A stretch of 63,031 nucleotides of DNA, counting the filler, from Asterionella formosa (lineage: Eukaryota), in assembly GCA_002256025.1 (NCBI GenBank). It is 21 parts of 21 records of this genome, joined end to end, with 100 filler letters (N's around TTAATTAATTAA, not from the genome) between each part and the next. Parts side by side here need not be neighbours in the genome. Positions count along the whole stretch, not along the records: positions 48,890 to 50,571 come from NKIB01001514.1; positions 50,672 to 52,351 come from NKIB01001515.1; positions 52,452 to 54,132 come from NKIB01001516.1; positions 54,233 to 55,912 come from NKIB01001517.1; positions 56,013 to 57,692 come from NKIB01001518.1; positions 57,793 to 59,472 come from NKIB01001519.1; positions 59,573 to 61,252 come from NKIB01001520.1; positions 61,353 to 63,031 come from NKIB01001521.1; 13 more parts are not named here. One strand, given 5' to 3'. Made by a program: the position numbers and the translations under genes. Positions 48,890-61,478 of the stretch are shown piece after piece (the first letter of the stretch is position 1; each line of letters opens with the position of its first letter). The notes beneath the pieces are model-generated. The model was not told the DNA's origin. It worked only from the letters and a program-made list of their open reading frames with translations, and did not search any database.

Positions 48890-50571
48890 TCTTGCTTTAC
48901 ATCCAGGGAGACTTGAAGGTTGGAATGTGTAGATGATTCGATGACTGTATGGGAAGAAACACCAATGACAGAGGACGACACAGGTGTGATACAACTTTCA
49001 TCCCAAATGGTTATAACAGCGAAACGATTAGAAATGTTGTAATTCAAAGTAATCTCGTTCGTGTTGGTTGAATCACCGAAAGAAACTACAGCATCTCCAT
49101 TGCGTTCAAGATCCCAGTCAAATTTGGAAAGTATAATTGTTGGGATTGACGTAGTGGGAGCAAAGGGTCCAGGTGAGCCTGAGACAATGGGTTTAGGACT
49201 TGGTGCTTGCGTAGTAAACGAGCCTGGGCTTAGAATTGGTAGATTTGTTGGTCGTGGAATCGTAATAGAGGTTGGGATAGGAGTTGGGGCTGAAGGTCCT
49301 GGAGTCGGAGGAGAGTCTAGGCTTGGAATTGGTAGATTTGTCGGCCGCGGAGTCGGATAAGTGGTTGGGTAAGGAGCTGGGCTCGAGGTTGGTCCTGGAG
49401 TCGCAAGGGAAGTTGGGATAGAAGTCGCGGCTGAACTAGGTCTTGGAGAAGGAAGCGAGGTTGGGATTGGAGTCGGGAGAGAGGTTGGGATAGGGGTCGG
49501 GGCAGGAGTAAGTCCTGGAGTTGGGAGAGTGGTTGGGATAGGGATAGGGATCGGGGTCAGAGTAGGTCCTTGAGTTGGTAGCGAGGTTGGGATGGGAGAC
49601 GGGATCACAGTTGGATTCAAGGTTGGGACTTGAGTAGGCGGCGAAGTAGGTAATTGCGTCGGGGTCAAGGCTGCGATAACAAAGGCAGAAATACTCGGTG
49701 ACGAACTGGGAACAGCACTGGGTGCAGTGATATCGTCATACACACGAACCCGACCAACCTCGATTGATTCTGTATTGTTTCCCCACACGGAACCAGAAGC
49801 AACACGACTGCCATCTGCGGTCAATGTGACACTTAGCAATCCGAAACCGAAACGATCTTGGTTGCCAGTTCCGGTTATTGCACCAGTAGTCGCCCACTGA
49901 CCACCTTCAAAATCAAAAAGCTTGACAACCCCTCGGCCAGCATTCGCAAAATAACTGCTGGCTGCAATGCGCCTTCCGTTTCGAGAGATAGAAACAGATC
50001 GACCAAAACGATCCAATAGATTATCACCAGCAACAAGTTCACCAATCGGTCTCCAAAGACTGGTACCAGCATCAAGGCCAAATACGGAGACAGCTCCATA
50101 AAACGAGGTAGTTCCACTTACTTGGCTATTAGGCGCGCCGGCAACAACAGACAATCCATCTCCAGATATATCCATGGAGAAGCCAAACTGTTCACCTGCA
50201 GTCAAGCCACGAATGTCAGCGCCAACTTGATTCCAAGTGTTACCTCCAGCAAAAGCGTAAACACGAACCAAACCACGTTTTAAGATGCCATCACCACGAT
50301 CGTAGTTAGGGGCAGAAACAGCAAGACGGTTACCAGTGTCGTCGAAGGCAACGCTCCAACCGAATAAGGCAGTGGTATTTTCAATCATTTGGACTTTTCC
50401 TATGGAAGCCCAGTTTGCGAGACCAACATTCCAATCAAAGATCTCGACCAATCCACGGTTGCTGCTGAAAGTATGGCAGCCCACCGCGACGCGACTGCCA
50501 CTGGAAGACAACGAGACAGAATTCCCATTGGCACCACATGACAACCCGGAGCCAAGCTTAGTCGCAGTACC
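48890..50571 (-). CDS. Partial extracellular protein: FG-GAP/integrin-alpha-like propeller repeats plus a Pro/Thr/Ser mucin-like stalk
   Basis: [49 protein letters not shown] and G.VRVY repeats; (PT)n tract at about 49130-49720. Confidence 0.85.
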
Positions 50572-50671
50572 NNNNNNNNNNNNNNNNNNNNNNNNNNNNN
50601 NNNNNNNNNNNNNNNTTAATTAATTAANNNNNNNNNNNNNNNNNNNNNNNNNNNNNNNNNNNNNNNNNNNN

Positions 50672-52351
50672 ATCCCCTTTCCCAAAGCACTTGAACTAAT
50701 CCCTTCGATTTTCCTTCCCAACCTTCCTTGACCCTTGAAATTTGTGTCGATGTTGGCACTTGATATTGTGGACAGAGGAACACCAGATCGCTTTTATTCT
50801 TCCCTTTAGTATTGGCTCCCTTAGCAGCAAGATCGAATATTAATTGGGCACGACTTCTTTGAATTTCTTTGGGTACTCCAATGATGGTATCATGTCGACT
50901 TGCTTCTTGTTCAGCAGGAGTCATCCAACATGGGCCCACATCATCAGGTTGGAATGTGAGGTGCTGTGTTTGACCAGGCTGTAATTTTCTTTGAAAGGGG
51001 CCAAGGAATCCTGCTTCTTGTTCAATGATTGTCGATCGCATGGGCAACCCCTTTCCACCAAAGGTTTTTTCATCCTGATTGAACTCAATCCATCAGGTCT
51101 ATGTTTGCTGTGTCCACTTGAATGGTCAAATAGATAAACAAACTTATAGTGTGGATGCATCACTTTTAGTACATCAATTGTGTCTTCGAATTGACACACC
51201 ATGTGATTGTAATTCCAGTAGCCATCTCGATTTTCTCCATAATCAAAGTAGACCAAGAATGGAGAATTGTTTTTTGTCAATGGCTTCTTCTTTTTGGTCC
51301 CATGTACGTCAATTGCAGCTTCCTCATCTGCATAACTTGCTCCAAGTCTATTGGCATTGACCGTTGTAAGAATATAGTCATCGATTTCTCTTATCAAGCC
51401 ATGCTCTCGAGTGATAAATGAACTGATCATTACTCCAGAACCCTCATCTTTTGGTAGTAGGGGTCTCTCGCCATTCGGACCTGTCCACATCTTGGAATTC
51501 AACAAGAATTGTTTGAATATTGCTTCATCCTGTCCAACAATCATAACAGTTTGCTTGTCATTTTTCTTTCGCACACTACAATTGCCTCCCATTGGAAGAT
51601 CCGGTGAGGTATCAAAGTTGTCTGCATGATATTCTACCATAGAGATTCCATCATGGTCACTGTAATGAAATCCAGTATTCTTGACAACTAAACCTTGTGA
51701 CTCTAGAAGTTTAGATTTTTCTGCTGTAAAATGTACCCACCTTGGAGCATTAACCTCTTTCTTGAAGTATTCAGCAATGAAAATTCGACGGTAGGCTAAG
51801 GTGTCTGCCTTCTCATGACCATCGACAAAGTAATGTTTCCTTCGAGTCTCATACTTGAATCCAACTGCGTGCATCCACCTTGCAATTGTACAAATTGAGA
51901 TCTTTGTCAAACCATAGGTCAGAAGGAACTGTTCTCTGCTGTTGTTTAATTCACTGTCCTCAACAACTCCTGGTCTTGCTGGTAAGTCTTCATAGACGTC
52001 GCAATCATCAGGAACATCTACACCCAAACTCGCAACCAATGTTGGTACCAGATGTTCATGAACATATTCATACATTTTTCCACAGACAAGTCATTTAAAT
52101 TGGCGATCCCAAATTTCTTGAATGCATTCATGGCATCAGGATTTGATTGGAAGAATGGAGGGATCTTATCCTTTTTGATTGGCGACTTACAGAAAGCATC
52201 TTGTAAATTGTATGCCAGTTGCCAATGCCACCTTCCAAGAGTCCTCACATTGGAGTAGGCCTCTAATCCAAGATCATTCATAACTCCAATTGAATATTGG
52301 AGGCACTGCTGCCAGGTCCATCTGGTTTCCCCAATTTCCTTCTGAACAAAC
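50672..52351 (-). pseudogene. Same DDE-type transposase segment, copy 3, with two frameshifts
   Basis: 1680 bp versus 1682 bp. One-base losses in T-runs near 51065-51070 and 52075-52079 split the ORF into three. Confidence 0.75.
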
Positions 52352-52926
52352 NNNNNNNNNNNNNNNNNNNNNNNNNNNNNNNNNNNNNNNNNNNNTTAAT
52401 TAATTAANNNNNNNNNNNNNNNNNNNNNNNNNNNNNNNNNNNNNNNNNNNNCAATTCCATCGTATCCTCTTGCTTCACTTACCACAAATCAATGCAACTG
52501 ATGCATAAGTCTGTAATAGTAACTTGTCAGTAAATTCTTGAATAAGTAAGTTTCGGGTATCCAATGTTGTTGAATAAAACTTACCGGTACATTTTTGTCA
52601 TCTTAACTTTGAGAGAAGGTAAACGTTTTGTCAGCTTTGTTCCAACAGAAGTGAATAGGTCCAACGAGCGACAAGAGCACTTACGCAATTTGGTTTTGTT
52701 TTACATTGGTGCTCCCCAACAAGCGAAACGAGCTGTTTAATCAACTGAGAAAAAAGGAAATGTGGCTGCGTTTAGTTAACAATTTGTTGTTGTCCTGCCT
52801 CCCAACGATTGTCATCCAAGTAGCTACCACATTGATGGCTTCATTACCTTAAACATTCTCCATCCTTCGAATGCGCAATGTGTCGAAGTCACAAAGTTTT
52901 TCGTTATGTATTGTGAAAATTTTCTT

Positions 52927-54132
52927 TCTCTTAATGTGCTTTACTACGACGTATCTTTTCATGAAGCAGCAGGCATTGTTTGTTAACATGACAGAACGAT
53001 TTCAAAAATATATATATGCCATGAATATAGAAATAAAATTTGTAAATATATATATATATTAAGTGTTGTACATTTATAAAATTCAAACGCGCTCTCGACA
53101 TGGAACATCTGATATGGTTGAGATGATCATACTCGCATATACATAATTCGAAAATACTCAATGCACTATATGTCCATTGTTTTCCACGACTACGTGTACC
53201 GGAACTGTTTCTGAAATTTGTTTGCATCGATATTTTCTACATCCGTTGAAACTAATTATTTAGACCGTTAAATAGCCGCCAGGGTTTTGGTAGCAAATTG
53301 TTTAAGCCCCTTTTTTGGTCGGGAGCTCCTCATGTGTACCGGTACATCATATGACAATAACAATATACCATATATATATACAGAGTACCAGTAGCAGGTA
53401 GTAAGTGATATACTGGGGGTAGTCGGAGTAGTAAACTAGCAACAGAACACCAGATGTTCAGGACTGTTGCTACTGCAGTGGGACAGTAAATCATCATATT
53501 TTTAGGATCGTATGATCATGAAATTAAAAACCAAAAGAACACCATATGTTTATGACTGTTGTAATTACATTGGGACAGTAAATCATCATAGTTTTAGGAT
53601 CAAATGATCGTAAAACTAAAAACAAATAGAACACCATATGTTCATGACTGTTGCAATTACAGTGGGACAGTAAATCATCATAGTTTTAGGATTGTATGAT
53701 TGTGAAACTGAAAAGCGGTACCGGTAGTCGGAGTAATAAGCAAGCAATAGAACACCATAGTAAATCATCATAGTTTTAGGATTGTATAAATAGAACACCA
53801 TATGTCTATGACTGCTGCTACTACAGCGGGACAGTACCGGTAAATGAATTTAAGATCATCGAACTTTAAGGAAGACAACGACAACAGCTGGTCGTGTTGC
53901 TGGTCCACTTTTAATGGCCGAAGAAGGAAGCGACGAAAAGATCACCATTACGAGCGGAACGAGAGAAATCGCTTACGACGCCAAGTCTGGACGATTCTTT
54001 GAGAATAACTTGCAGGAAGAAGAATGCATTCCTGACGAGGAATACTGTGTCGTCGATCCGGAAAGTGGGGCACTCATTCGTCTCACAGTAGCCGAAAAGG
54101 AGCGTATCTTTCTGGACGCGCTTCAGTCCTAC
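52927..54132 (+). repeat. Diverged inverted copy of 36873-38097: AT-rich block, 92-bp minisatellite (about 53440-53790) and PGRL1 fragment (about 53866-54132)
   Basis: Paired ORFs 37795/52931, 37146/53616 and 36843/53914 are near-identical. Confidence 0.92.
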
Positions 54133-56283
54133 NNNNNNNNNNNNNNNNNNNNNNNNNNNNNNNNNNNNNNNNNNNNTTAATTAATTAANNNNNNNNNNNN
54201 NNNNNNNNNNNNNNNNNNNNNNNNNNNNNNNNATAAAATAAGCTTGTTGATTTTGAGTGTAGGAATTAGTTGAATGCATCAAAATGCGTACTTGAAAATA
54301 TCAAATATATTATCAGAATACATCATGTTTATTATTTAATCAGAGTATCATGCACCATGGATTCCTGATCATCAGTATATAACCTGATGGTCTTGACGAA
54401 AGTATCTGAAATACTTCATGTAATTCTAAAAGACAGGTCCCATTGTACCAGACGGGCGAATAAACACGGTACTAAGCAATTGTGTCCATCTATTTAGGCC
54501 CGATTGCAATAACTGGTGAGAGACGACAAATGAATGCTATATGCAAAAATCAAATTTTAGATTTTTTCACCTATAATGTGCATATCTTTAAGTTTAGCTG
54601 CGACGGTTGTGTCGATTTGGTGCATCAGGATGGCGAAATCTCCTTTCTATGTATTTTAATCATTTCCTGGGCGATTCATAAATTTCTTGACATATATTAT
54701 AGACGGCCGACTACAGCAGGCCTTGCTTGTAAAATGTTGGTTTATTGGGGAGAGATGACAAATGGATGCTCTTTTTGCAAAAATTCAATTTTACATTGAA
54801 TATTTTTATAAACCAAGAACAAAAGAGCCTTGATGCATTTGTTCTGTTCGTAAAATTAAGCTGTATGTCGCTATGAATTATCCTCTAATTTTTTCTATAT
54901 CATGTATAAAATGTATGTACCAAATAGCATAGTAGCGTCTCATTTTCCATGGAGATATTTGTTATGTTTGTTATGGTAATCACAGAGATGGCATGATGCA
55001 GAATTCTCCAGCCGCTCACAACAACGACACTGTAGTGTTTTAGTATACATAAAACCGAATCGCAATATAAGCTAAATAATTATAGCTAGCGCCTACAAGG
55101 GCTGCCTTGGGTACCATGAGCATATATCCAGCCATAGCTGGTCTGACATTTGAATATGTGATGGTATGTTTGATATTGCAAATATACTGTTAAGCTGTTG
55201 CATCGGGCATAATAATGACTGTGAGGACCATCATGTTTATAGATATAATGTTACGTATGTTCATAATATTGGCAAGGCTAGTATCAGGGGGTAGTGCTGG
55301 TTGTGTCTGCTCATGTATGTACTACGTAACACAAGAAGGGCCATTGAGAAAATCTATTCTTATTTGTAAGTTGTAGTCCTTCTTGTCAACAAGTTCTGAA
55401 TATAAGAAGAGATTTCTTTTTGTACTTCGAAGCTAGAAGATGGCTTGCTGAACCAGTTCAGCAACTGATTCTGAAAATCGTCATCATTCAATAAAAGTAA
55501 CATTTTCCTATATTATTTCCATCAAAAACTGGCCTATCTCTTCCAGCAGGAAAAGGAAGAAGAATCATTGGGAGTGAGTCAAAACTAAAAAGGAGTGCTG
55601 CTGGACTACCCAGCAGGTACCACCATCATCATAAAGGTATATATATATGTATATATTTGTATCTCGAACTGTAGCTAAGGGTATCCTGGAGGTGGAATAT
55701 GCTCACAACCACTTGGTACCGGTAATCCAATGTGTTCATTTAGCATCATAATAGGAAACAAGCAATGGCGAAATGCTTCCTCCATAATATCATACCGGGT
55801 CCTAGGCAGAGTCGTGTTGTTAGGCTGAACTTAAGGTGCCCGAAATACCAAGATCGAATATTGTGAAGCTATTGTCACAAAATCTTCGATCTTCGTATTC
55901 GAGAAATTTTATNNNNNNNNNNNNNNNNNNNNNNNNNNNNNNNNNNNNNNNNNNNNTTAATTAATTAANNNNNNNNNNNNNNNNNNNNNNNNNNNNNNNN
56001 NNNNNNNNNNNNGGAGTGATGCTAAATTTATTATTATTACCGGTAATTCATTTTCATTCTATCCTGTTCATATCCTGACGTTGTCATCGGTCTCATTTGA
56101 AATTTGCAATGTCTTTGCGGACATTGCAATGATGAGATTAACATCAGAATCATATGATATATAAACCTTACCTGGTACTAGTCTAATACTCGGAGAAAGT
56201 AAGTGGTTGGAGTGTTTTTGACACCACTGCTCTCGTTTTCTTCGTTTTTTACGATTCGCCATTAGTAGAAAATAATATACACA

Positions 56284-56412
56284 ATGACAGCAAGCAGCAA
56301 TAGCAGCAATGCTCCACAACTTCAATGGATAGCAGCACTGTTGGGATCGACAGGAGTAGCGGCTGGTGCCTTTGGGGCTCATTTACTCAAGGACGTATTG
56401 ACCTCCAAGAAT
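56284..56412 (+). pseudogene. TMEM256/DUF423 (YgdD-like) N-terminal fragment
   Basis: WIAALLGSTGVAAGAFGAHLLKD carries the GAFGAH signature; no W.TA..Y..H continuation seen downstream. Confidence 0.65.
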
Positions 56413-56757
56413 TTCAACCCGGTTGCATTGGCGGTCGAATTTTTCCTCTTCTTTTGGTTGAATTTTCAACTCAGATTAGTCGTATATTGTTGTAACCTCT
56501 TGGGAAATTCAACCACTGCACCATCATAAATCAATCTTATTTGTCCATGTACGTAAGATTGATATAAAGTACTACCTGGTACTCGGAGGACCAGGAACCA
56601 CCACTGCATAGGTAACTGGTGCCATACTACCGGTAGATGGTTGCCCACACACCAATATTTATAGAAGGCTTCCTGAATAGACTATTTACAGGTAATATAG
56701 ACTGATATATACATATACATCATATATATTTTAAATTAAAGCAAAACTAGGCAGACC

Positions 56758-57017
56758 ATGTTGATAGGAATGAACCAACCTTTGCAATGCCATCGATACA
56801 GGAGGATTCTATTGGCGATGATGACCTACAAAGATGGGATAGAATATGCTACTGACTATGAGTTTAGTCTAGAGCAGCTAGCAGACATCAAGCCTGAACA
56901 CATATACAAATGGATGGCTGTGAAGACTTATGGTAAACCAAACCCAAGCCAAAACGACAATCCAACATATGGTAGATCAACCTCATTGGAATATTACAAG
57001 AAGGCATTGTCCTACTT
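56758..57017 (+). pseudogene. Fragment of a probable transposon protein (N-terminal region like that of Crypton/tyrosine-recombinase-type elements)
   Basis: LADIKPEHIYKWM..KTYG.P.P...DNP..GRSTSLEYYKKALSYF; ends abruptly where the peptidase frame begins. Family assignment is tentative. Confidence 0.4.
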
Positions 57018-57692
57018 CAATGGCAAGAGAGTGCCAGTCATGCCTTTTCCATCCTATGTGATTATATTGGGCAACTTAATGCGGATACCAACATTTTCAA
57101 TGCACTAGTACTGGTGACCAATTCACTGGTATTTCCTACTCTATCTGAAGAGCAACAACGATTTGCATCCTTGTTAAAAGCAGAGTTTGAGCGAGATGGG
57201 ATTCATTTGTCCATCGAACAACAATTTGATGTTCAACAATTGCAGTCACATGTGGTACAATTGGAATCGTTGTTTCAGCAAAACATTACTAATTCGACTC
57301 ATTACTTTAATGTCGAAGCTCAATGGGTCGACGATGTTTTATCTCGTCATGTGATTGAATCCAACATTCCACAATCATCGACACGAACTCCTTCTCAAGT
57401 GACATTAAGTAAAGATGCGTCCATTTCCAATGCCCTTTTGCGCTATTCTCCCAATCAAACACTAAGAAAACACATTTATATGGAAACGTCCACCTCTTGT
57501 CCAGAGAATTTGCAGGTTTTGGAGTCGTTGCGGAAGGTACGACATGAGGTATCTGTGAAACAAGTATTTGAATCCTACGCTGATCGATCTTTGCGTGATA
57601 GGATGGCGCAAACACCGAAGAACGTCGAAACCTTTCTCACTCACTTAGAACATCGAATCTCGGGATTGTACCAGCAGGATATGGCTCTTTTG
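57018..57692 (+). pseudogene. Internal fragment of mitochondrial intermediate peptidase (peptidase M3, MIPEP/Oct1-like)
   Basis: The frame of ORF 57114 extends upstream to QWQESASHAFSILCDYIGQLNADTNIFNAL. It continues LSEEQQRFASLLKAEFERDGIHL and NLQVLESLRKVRHE...FESYADRSL.DRMAQTPKNVETFL. Confidence 0.75.
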
Positions 57693-57792
57693 NNNNNNNN
57701 NNNNNNNNNNNNNNNNNNNNNNNNNNNNNNNNNNNNTTAATTAATTAANNNNNNNNNNNNNNNNNNNNNNNNNNNNNNNNNNNNNNNNNNNN

Positions 57793-58877
57793 AAGAACAT
57801 TTCTCGAATTGCAAAGCGCGTTCGGCCGTTGATCATCACAAAAGGACAATGATTTTTCACTTCCAAGACTTCAACTGTTCCGTTCGGATAGCACAAGAGA
57901 GCGTCGGGCGATGCTCCTATCAATAGCGAATGCGAACCCGTGGTTTTTTCGTTTATTCCTGCGCCGCACATGCCCACTTCTTTCAGACGAATATCTGGTT
58001 CATGCTCTCTCCAAATGTAATTCAAGGCTGTCAATAATGCAGTGGCTTCTTGGGTCATTCCCCAAATCATTTTTACTTTCCTGGCATCCATAGGATGCTC
58101 TTTGACAATTTTTCTCCGGCACTCTCGATCTGCTTCTGTGACTCGCTGTAGATACCTTGCAGCAAACTGGAATTTGCCTTGTTTAGGTACATACCATAAA
58201 CTTTCATTTCTTTCTTCGTTCGTTGTCTCGGACTGCTGATTGGCTGTGCATAATGTCCCCTCCATTTCCTCCAAGGACCTCAACGCCGGTTGTCTCATTC
58301 TATGATACGCTTCAATTCCTCCACGTCTCCACGACGGGGGAATGTCTAAAAAATCCCCAGCCATTGGCTCAAAAAATCCCAAGGCCGCTGCGGCTTGGGA
58401 TGTGGTACATCTACCCTGATGCAAAGCTTCCCATTGCCACGAATCTTGTCGAAAGCTTCGAACGTCTTCGAGACAACTGAGTGACGAAATGGTGGGAGGT
58501 AGCTGGTCGAACCGAGGATGTTGCCGAAGGTGATCCATAGTTATGGCCTGCCATTCCAAATCGGGCCAATTGCCTTTACGGGGGTGCTTATTTGTGTTCA
58601 ATCGCTTTGGCAATCGCTTTGGTATCGTCGTGTTACTGATTTTGTTCGAGACTAGCGAGTTTCTGTGCATGTCATTGTCAGCAAGCGGTCGCTCCGAAGC
58701 AGAACGCAGTGTTCTTAGTCGCCCCCGCCCACGTGCTTGAGGTGGTAGCAGTAGGTGAGCGACGGATGGAAGGCTGCTGTGCGCTTCAGGAGGCTTGGGT
58801 GCATAGGCAATTGCAGCAATATCCACCATGACAGTGATCGAGAACACAGCTACGCAGGTATTTTTCAAACAGCTCAT
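57793..58877 (-). CDS. YqaJ/lambda-exonuclease-like (PD-(D/E)xK) nuclease, 3'-truncated, with a probable signal plus transit presequence
   Basis: RQDSWQW..L.QGRCTTSQAAAALG, MIWGMTQEATAL, IGASPDAL and VLEVKNHCPF. Likely start MSCLKNTCVAVFSITVMVDIAAIA-YAP. Confidence 0.8.
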
Positions 58878-59887
58878 TTCAGCACCGCTTGGGACAAGCT
58901 TTTTATAAATGGAAGGAGCCGGAAGAGGGCTAAGCGATGTGTTGATGTGGATTGAGCCATGCATCGAGCACTGCTGAAGGCAATACACGCCCGAGGTGGT
59001 CTCATGCCTGCGAGTATACATGTGTTCGAGGCTGGATGGCGCGAGTAGGTTGACCTTCCCAGCCGAGTACACATGTATACGAGAAGGCAGGTATGTAGCC
59101 ACCCAGAAGGGTGTTGCTGAGGCAATTCCCGCTCCAGCTATCGTCTTGCCATTCGGGTACTTCTAAGTAATTTTTAGTCTCTAAGTAATTTCTTAAGTAA
59201 TTTTTATTTAAGGGCAATTTAGGGCACATCGAATTTTTCGGCAATAAAATTGCCGATTTTAGCATGACAACCAGAATAACGGTAATATGCATAGAGATGG
59301 TACAACAAGCGTAAAACACACGAGAATGATTCTAACATGCAACATCAATGAAAATTGAACATGATGTTTGGAGCAACCAAAGTATGAAATGCGATGTAAT
59401 AAGTAGCATCAAATGAGAAATAGAAAAAATTGTTTTGGGTTAGAAATGAAATAAAAAATAAGAGTTCCAATGNNNNNNNNNNNNNNNNNNNNNNNNNNNN
59501 NNNNNNNNNNNNNNNNTTAATTAATTAANNNNNNNNNNNNNNNNNNNNNNNNNNNNNNNNNNNNNNNNNNNNGTGAAAACCGATCATAGGTATGATAGCC
59601 GAGCAAAAATCATACCAGCAGATTACGGTAGTACCAGGTACCATGCACCGCCACAGTAAACCACATCATCACTCCATCAATGGAAAAATTGAAACTTGGT
59701 GGCACAGGAAATGGAAGACACCATTTGCAACCAAGGGGCTTGTTGACATACATTAAGTTGGATTACCACAACGGATGGCCGCATTTCGCCAAGAAGAACT
59801 TGTCATTAGTGCGTCCGATTACCTCATAATTTATTGCCGTACTTTGTGCCGTCATTGTTTTGAGACTTCAAATTGAGCGACAAAAGC

Positions 59888-61040
59888 ATGCTAGCAATGA
59901 GATTCCTCCTTTGCTTTGTCGCAATCTCTGTTCAGGCGACGGTGGGTCTAAACAGCGTTTCAATTGCATCGGATATTCCCTACACCCCTCGTGTGAGTAA
60001 GGTATTGGTAACTGGTGCAGCTGGTAGAACTGGGAAACTTGTCTTTGAAGCCCTGTTGGGCGACAATCGTTTTGATCCCATAGCGTTAGTCAGAACGGAG
60101 CAAAGTGCGCGAAAGTTAATGAAATCCGTCAATTGTCTAGAACGCGTTGTTGTTTGTGACATTACAGACTTGTGCGAGAATGCAATACCCGAAGGTCTGG
60201 AAGGGACTGATTCAATGATTATTTGTACGTCGGCAGTACCAAAAATATCTAAAGCGTCGTTGATAAAGGCCTTTCTGAAGATACCAGTCAATATGATTTT
60301 GGGGAAAAAGATGCTCGACTTTCGATCATTGAAGTTCAAATGGCGAACCAATGGAACCCCTGAAAAAGTCGACTATGAAGGCCAAATTGCACAGATAGAT
60401 CTAGCAAAGAAACTTGGCATCCAACAAGTTGTCATCGTAAGGTGAGTTCATTTCCTAATATAAATCATTTTTATAAATTTATCCATGATCCTCGTGGCTG
60501 TCTCACCAAGGCTTGTGAACACAATTAAATTTTTTTATAACAATTGTCTTGTCAATCTCAGCTCAATGGGAGGGACGGATCCCAGCAACTTCCTCAATGC
60601 AGTAGGAAAGAACCCTGATGGCAGTGGAAACGGGGATATATTGCTTTGGAAAAGAAAAGCCGAGCGCTATCTTGTTGAGGTATGTTTTGGGTGTGTGGAT
60701 TTCAATGTATATCAAGTCCCAAATCATACTCATCGATTGTGTCGACTAGTCGGGTTTATCATATTCCATTATTCATCCTGGAGGTTTGATTGATACTGAT
60801 CCTGGAATTGAGCAGATCATTTTGGATGTTGATGACAGGTTAATGGCAAATAAAAAACGATCCATTAGCCGAGGCGATGTTGCAAGCATTTGCCTAGCAG
60901 CACTTTCAGTGGGAAAAGGAAAGAAAGTCAGCTTTGACTGCATAACAAGGCCTGTTGAGGAAAGTGGGGCGCCGGTGAGCGCTGAAGATGTGCTAGCTGA
61001 GTTTTTGAAGACAGAAAGAACTGCAAACTACTCACTTTAG
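59888..61040 (+). CDS. NAD(P)-binding Rossmann-fold protein (atypical SDR, At5g02240/Tic62-NAD-like), 320 aa; exons 59888-60441, 60562-60679, 60750-61040
   Basis: VLVTGAAGRTG, IICTSAVP, PEKVDYEGQ.AQID.AK, VSSMGGT, ILLWKRKAERYL, IIHPGGL and SISRGDVA. Two GT-AG introns keep the frame; N-terminal signal peptide. Confidence 0.92.
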
Positions 61041-61478
61041 CAAGTAAGAAGAAGTTATCTGTTTGCTAGTTGTGATGCGATGCTTTTAGGAAGAAGATAA
61101 TTGGGTGGTACAAGTACATGTATAGCCCTTGTACTGCTTCAGTTGATGTAGACTGAATTACATGTTATTACTTATTATTACTTTAGAAATTCCCACACCA
61201 CAGCAAACGAAAGCACCCCTAGCCATGGGAGCTTCTGGAACAGCTACTTGTCNNNNNNNNNNNNNNNNNNNNNNNNNNNNNNNNNNNNNNNNNNNNTTAA
61301 TTAATTAANNNNNNNNNNNNNNNNNNNNNNNNNNNNNNNNNNNNNNNNNNNNGAGTGTGTTGGAGAAATTATTTTAGGAAAGAAAATCCCGGTATAAATT
61401 ACCTACTACATATTGAACTTTGAGAGAAGGTAAACGTTTTGTCAGTTTTGTTCCAATAGAAGTGAATAGGTCCAACGA

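Noticed and set aside
39980..52351. Apparent cluster of duplicated GH-like genes, kinase-LRR and FG-GAP genes bracketed by inverted transposases (composite transposon or defence island)
   Set aside because: Each gene is on a separate contig. Equal-length bubble contigs sit together because of length ordering, so there is no physical linkage evidence.
54233..55912. AT-rich contig with a 105-aa ORF
   Set aside because: No motifs, repeats or splice-consistent gene found.
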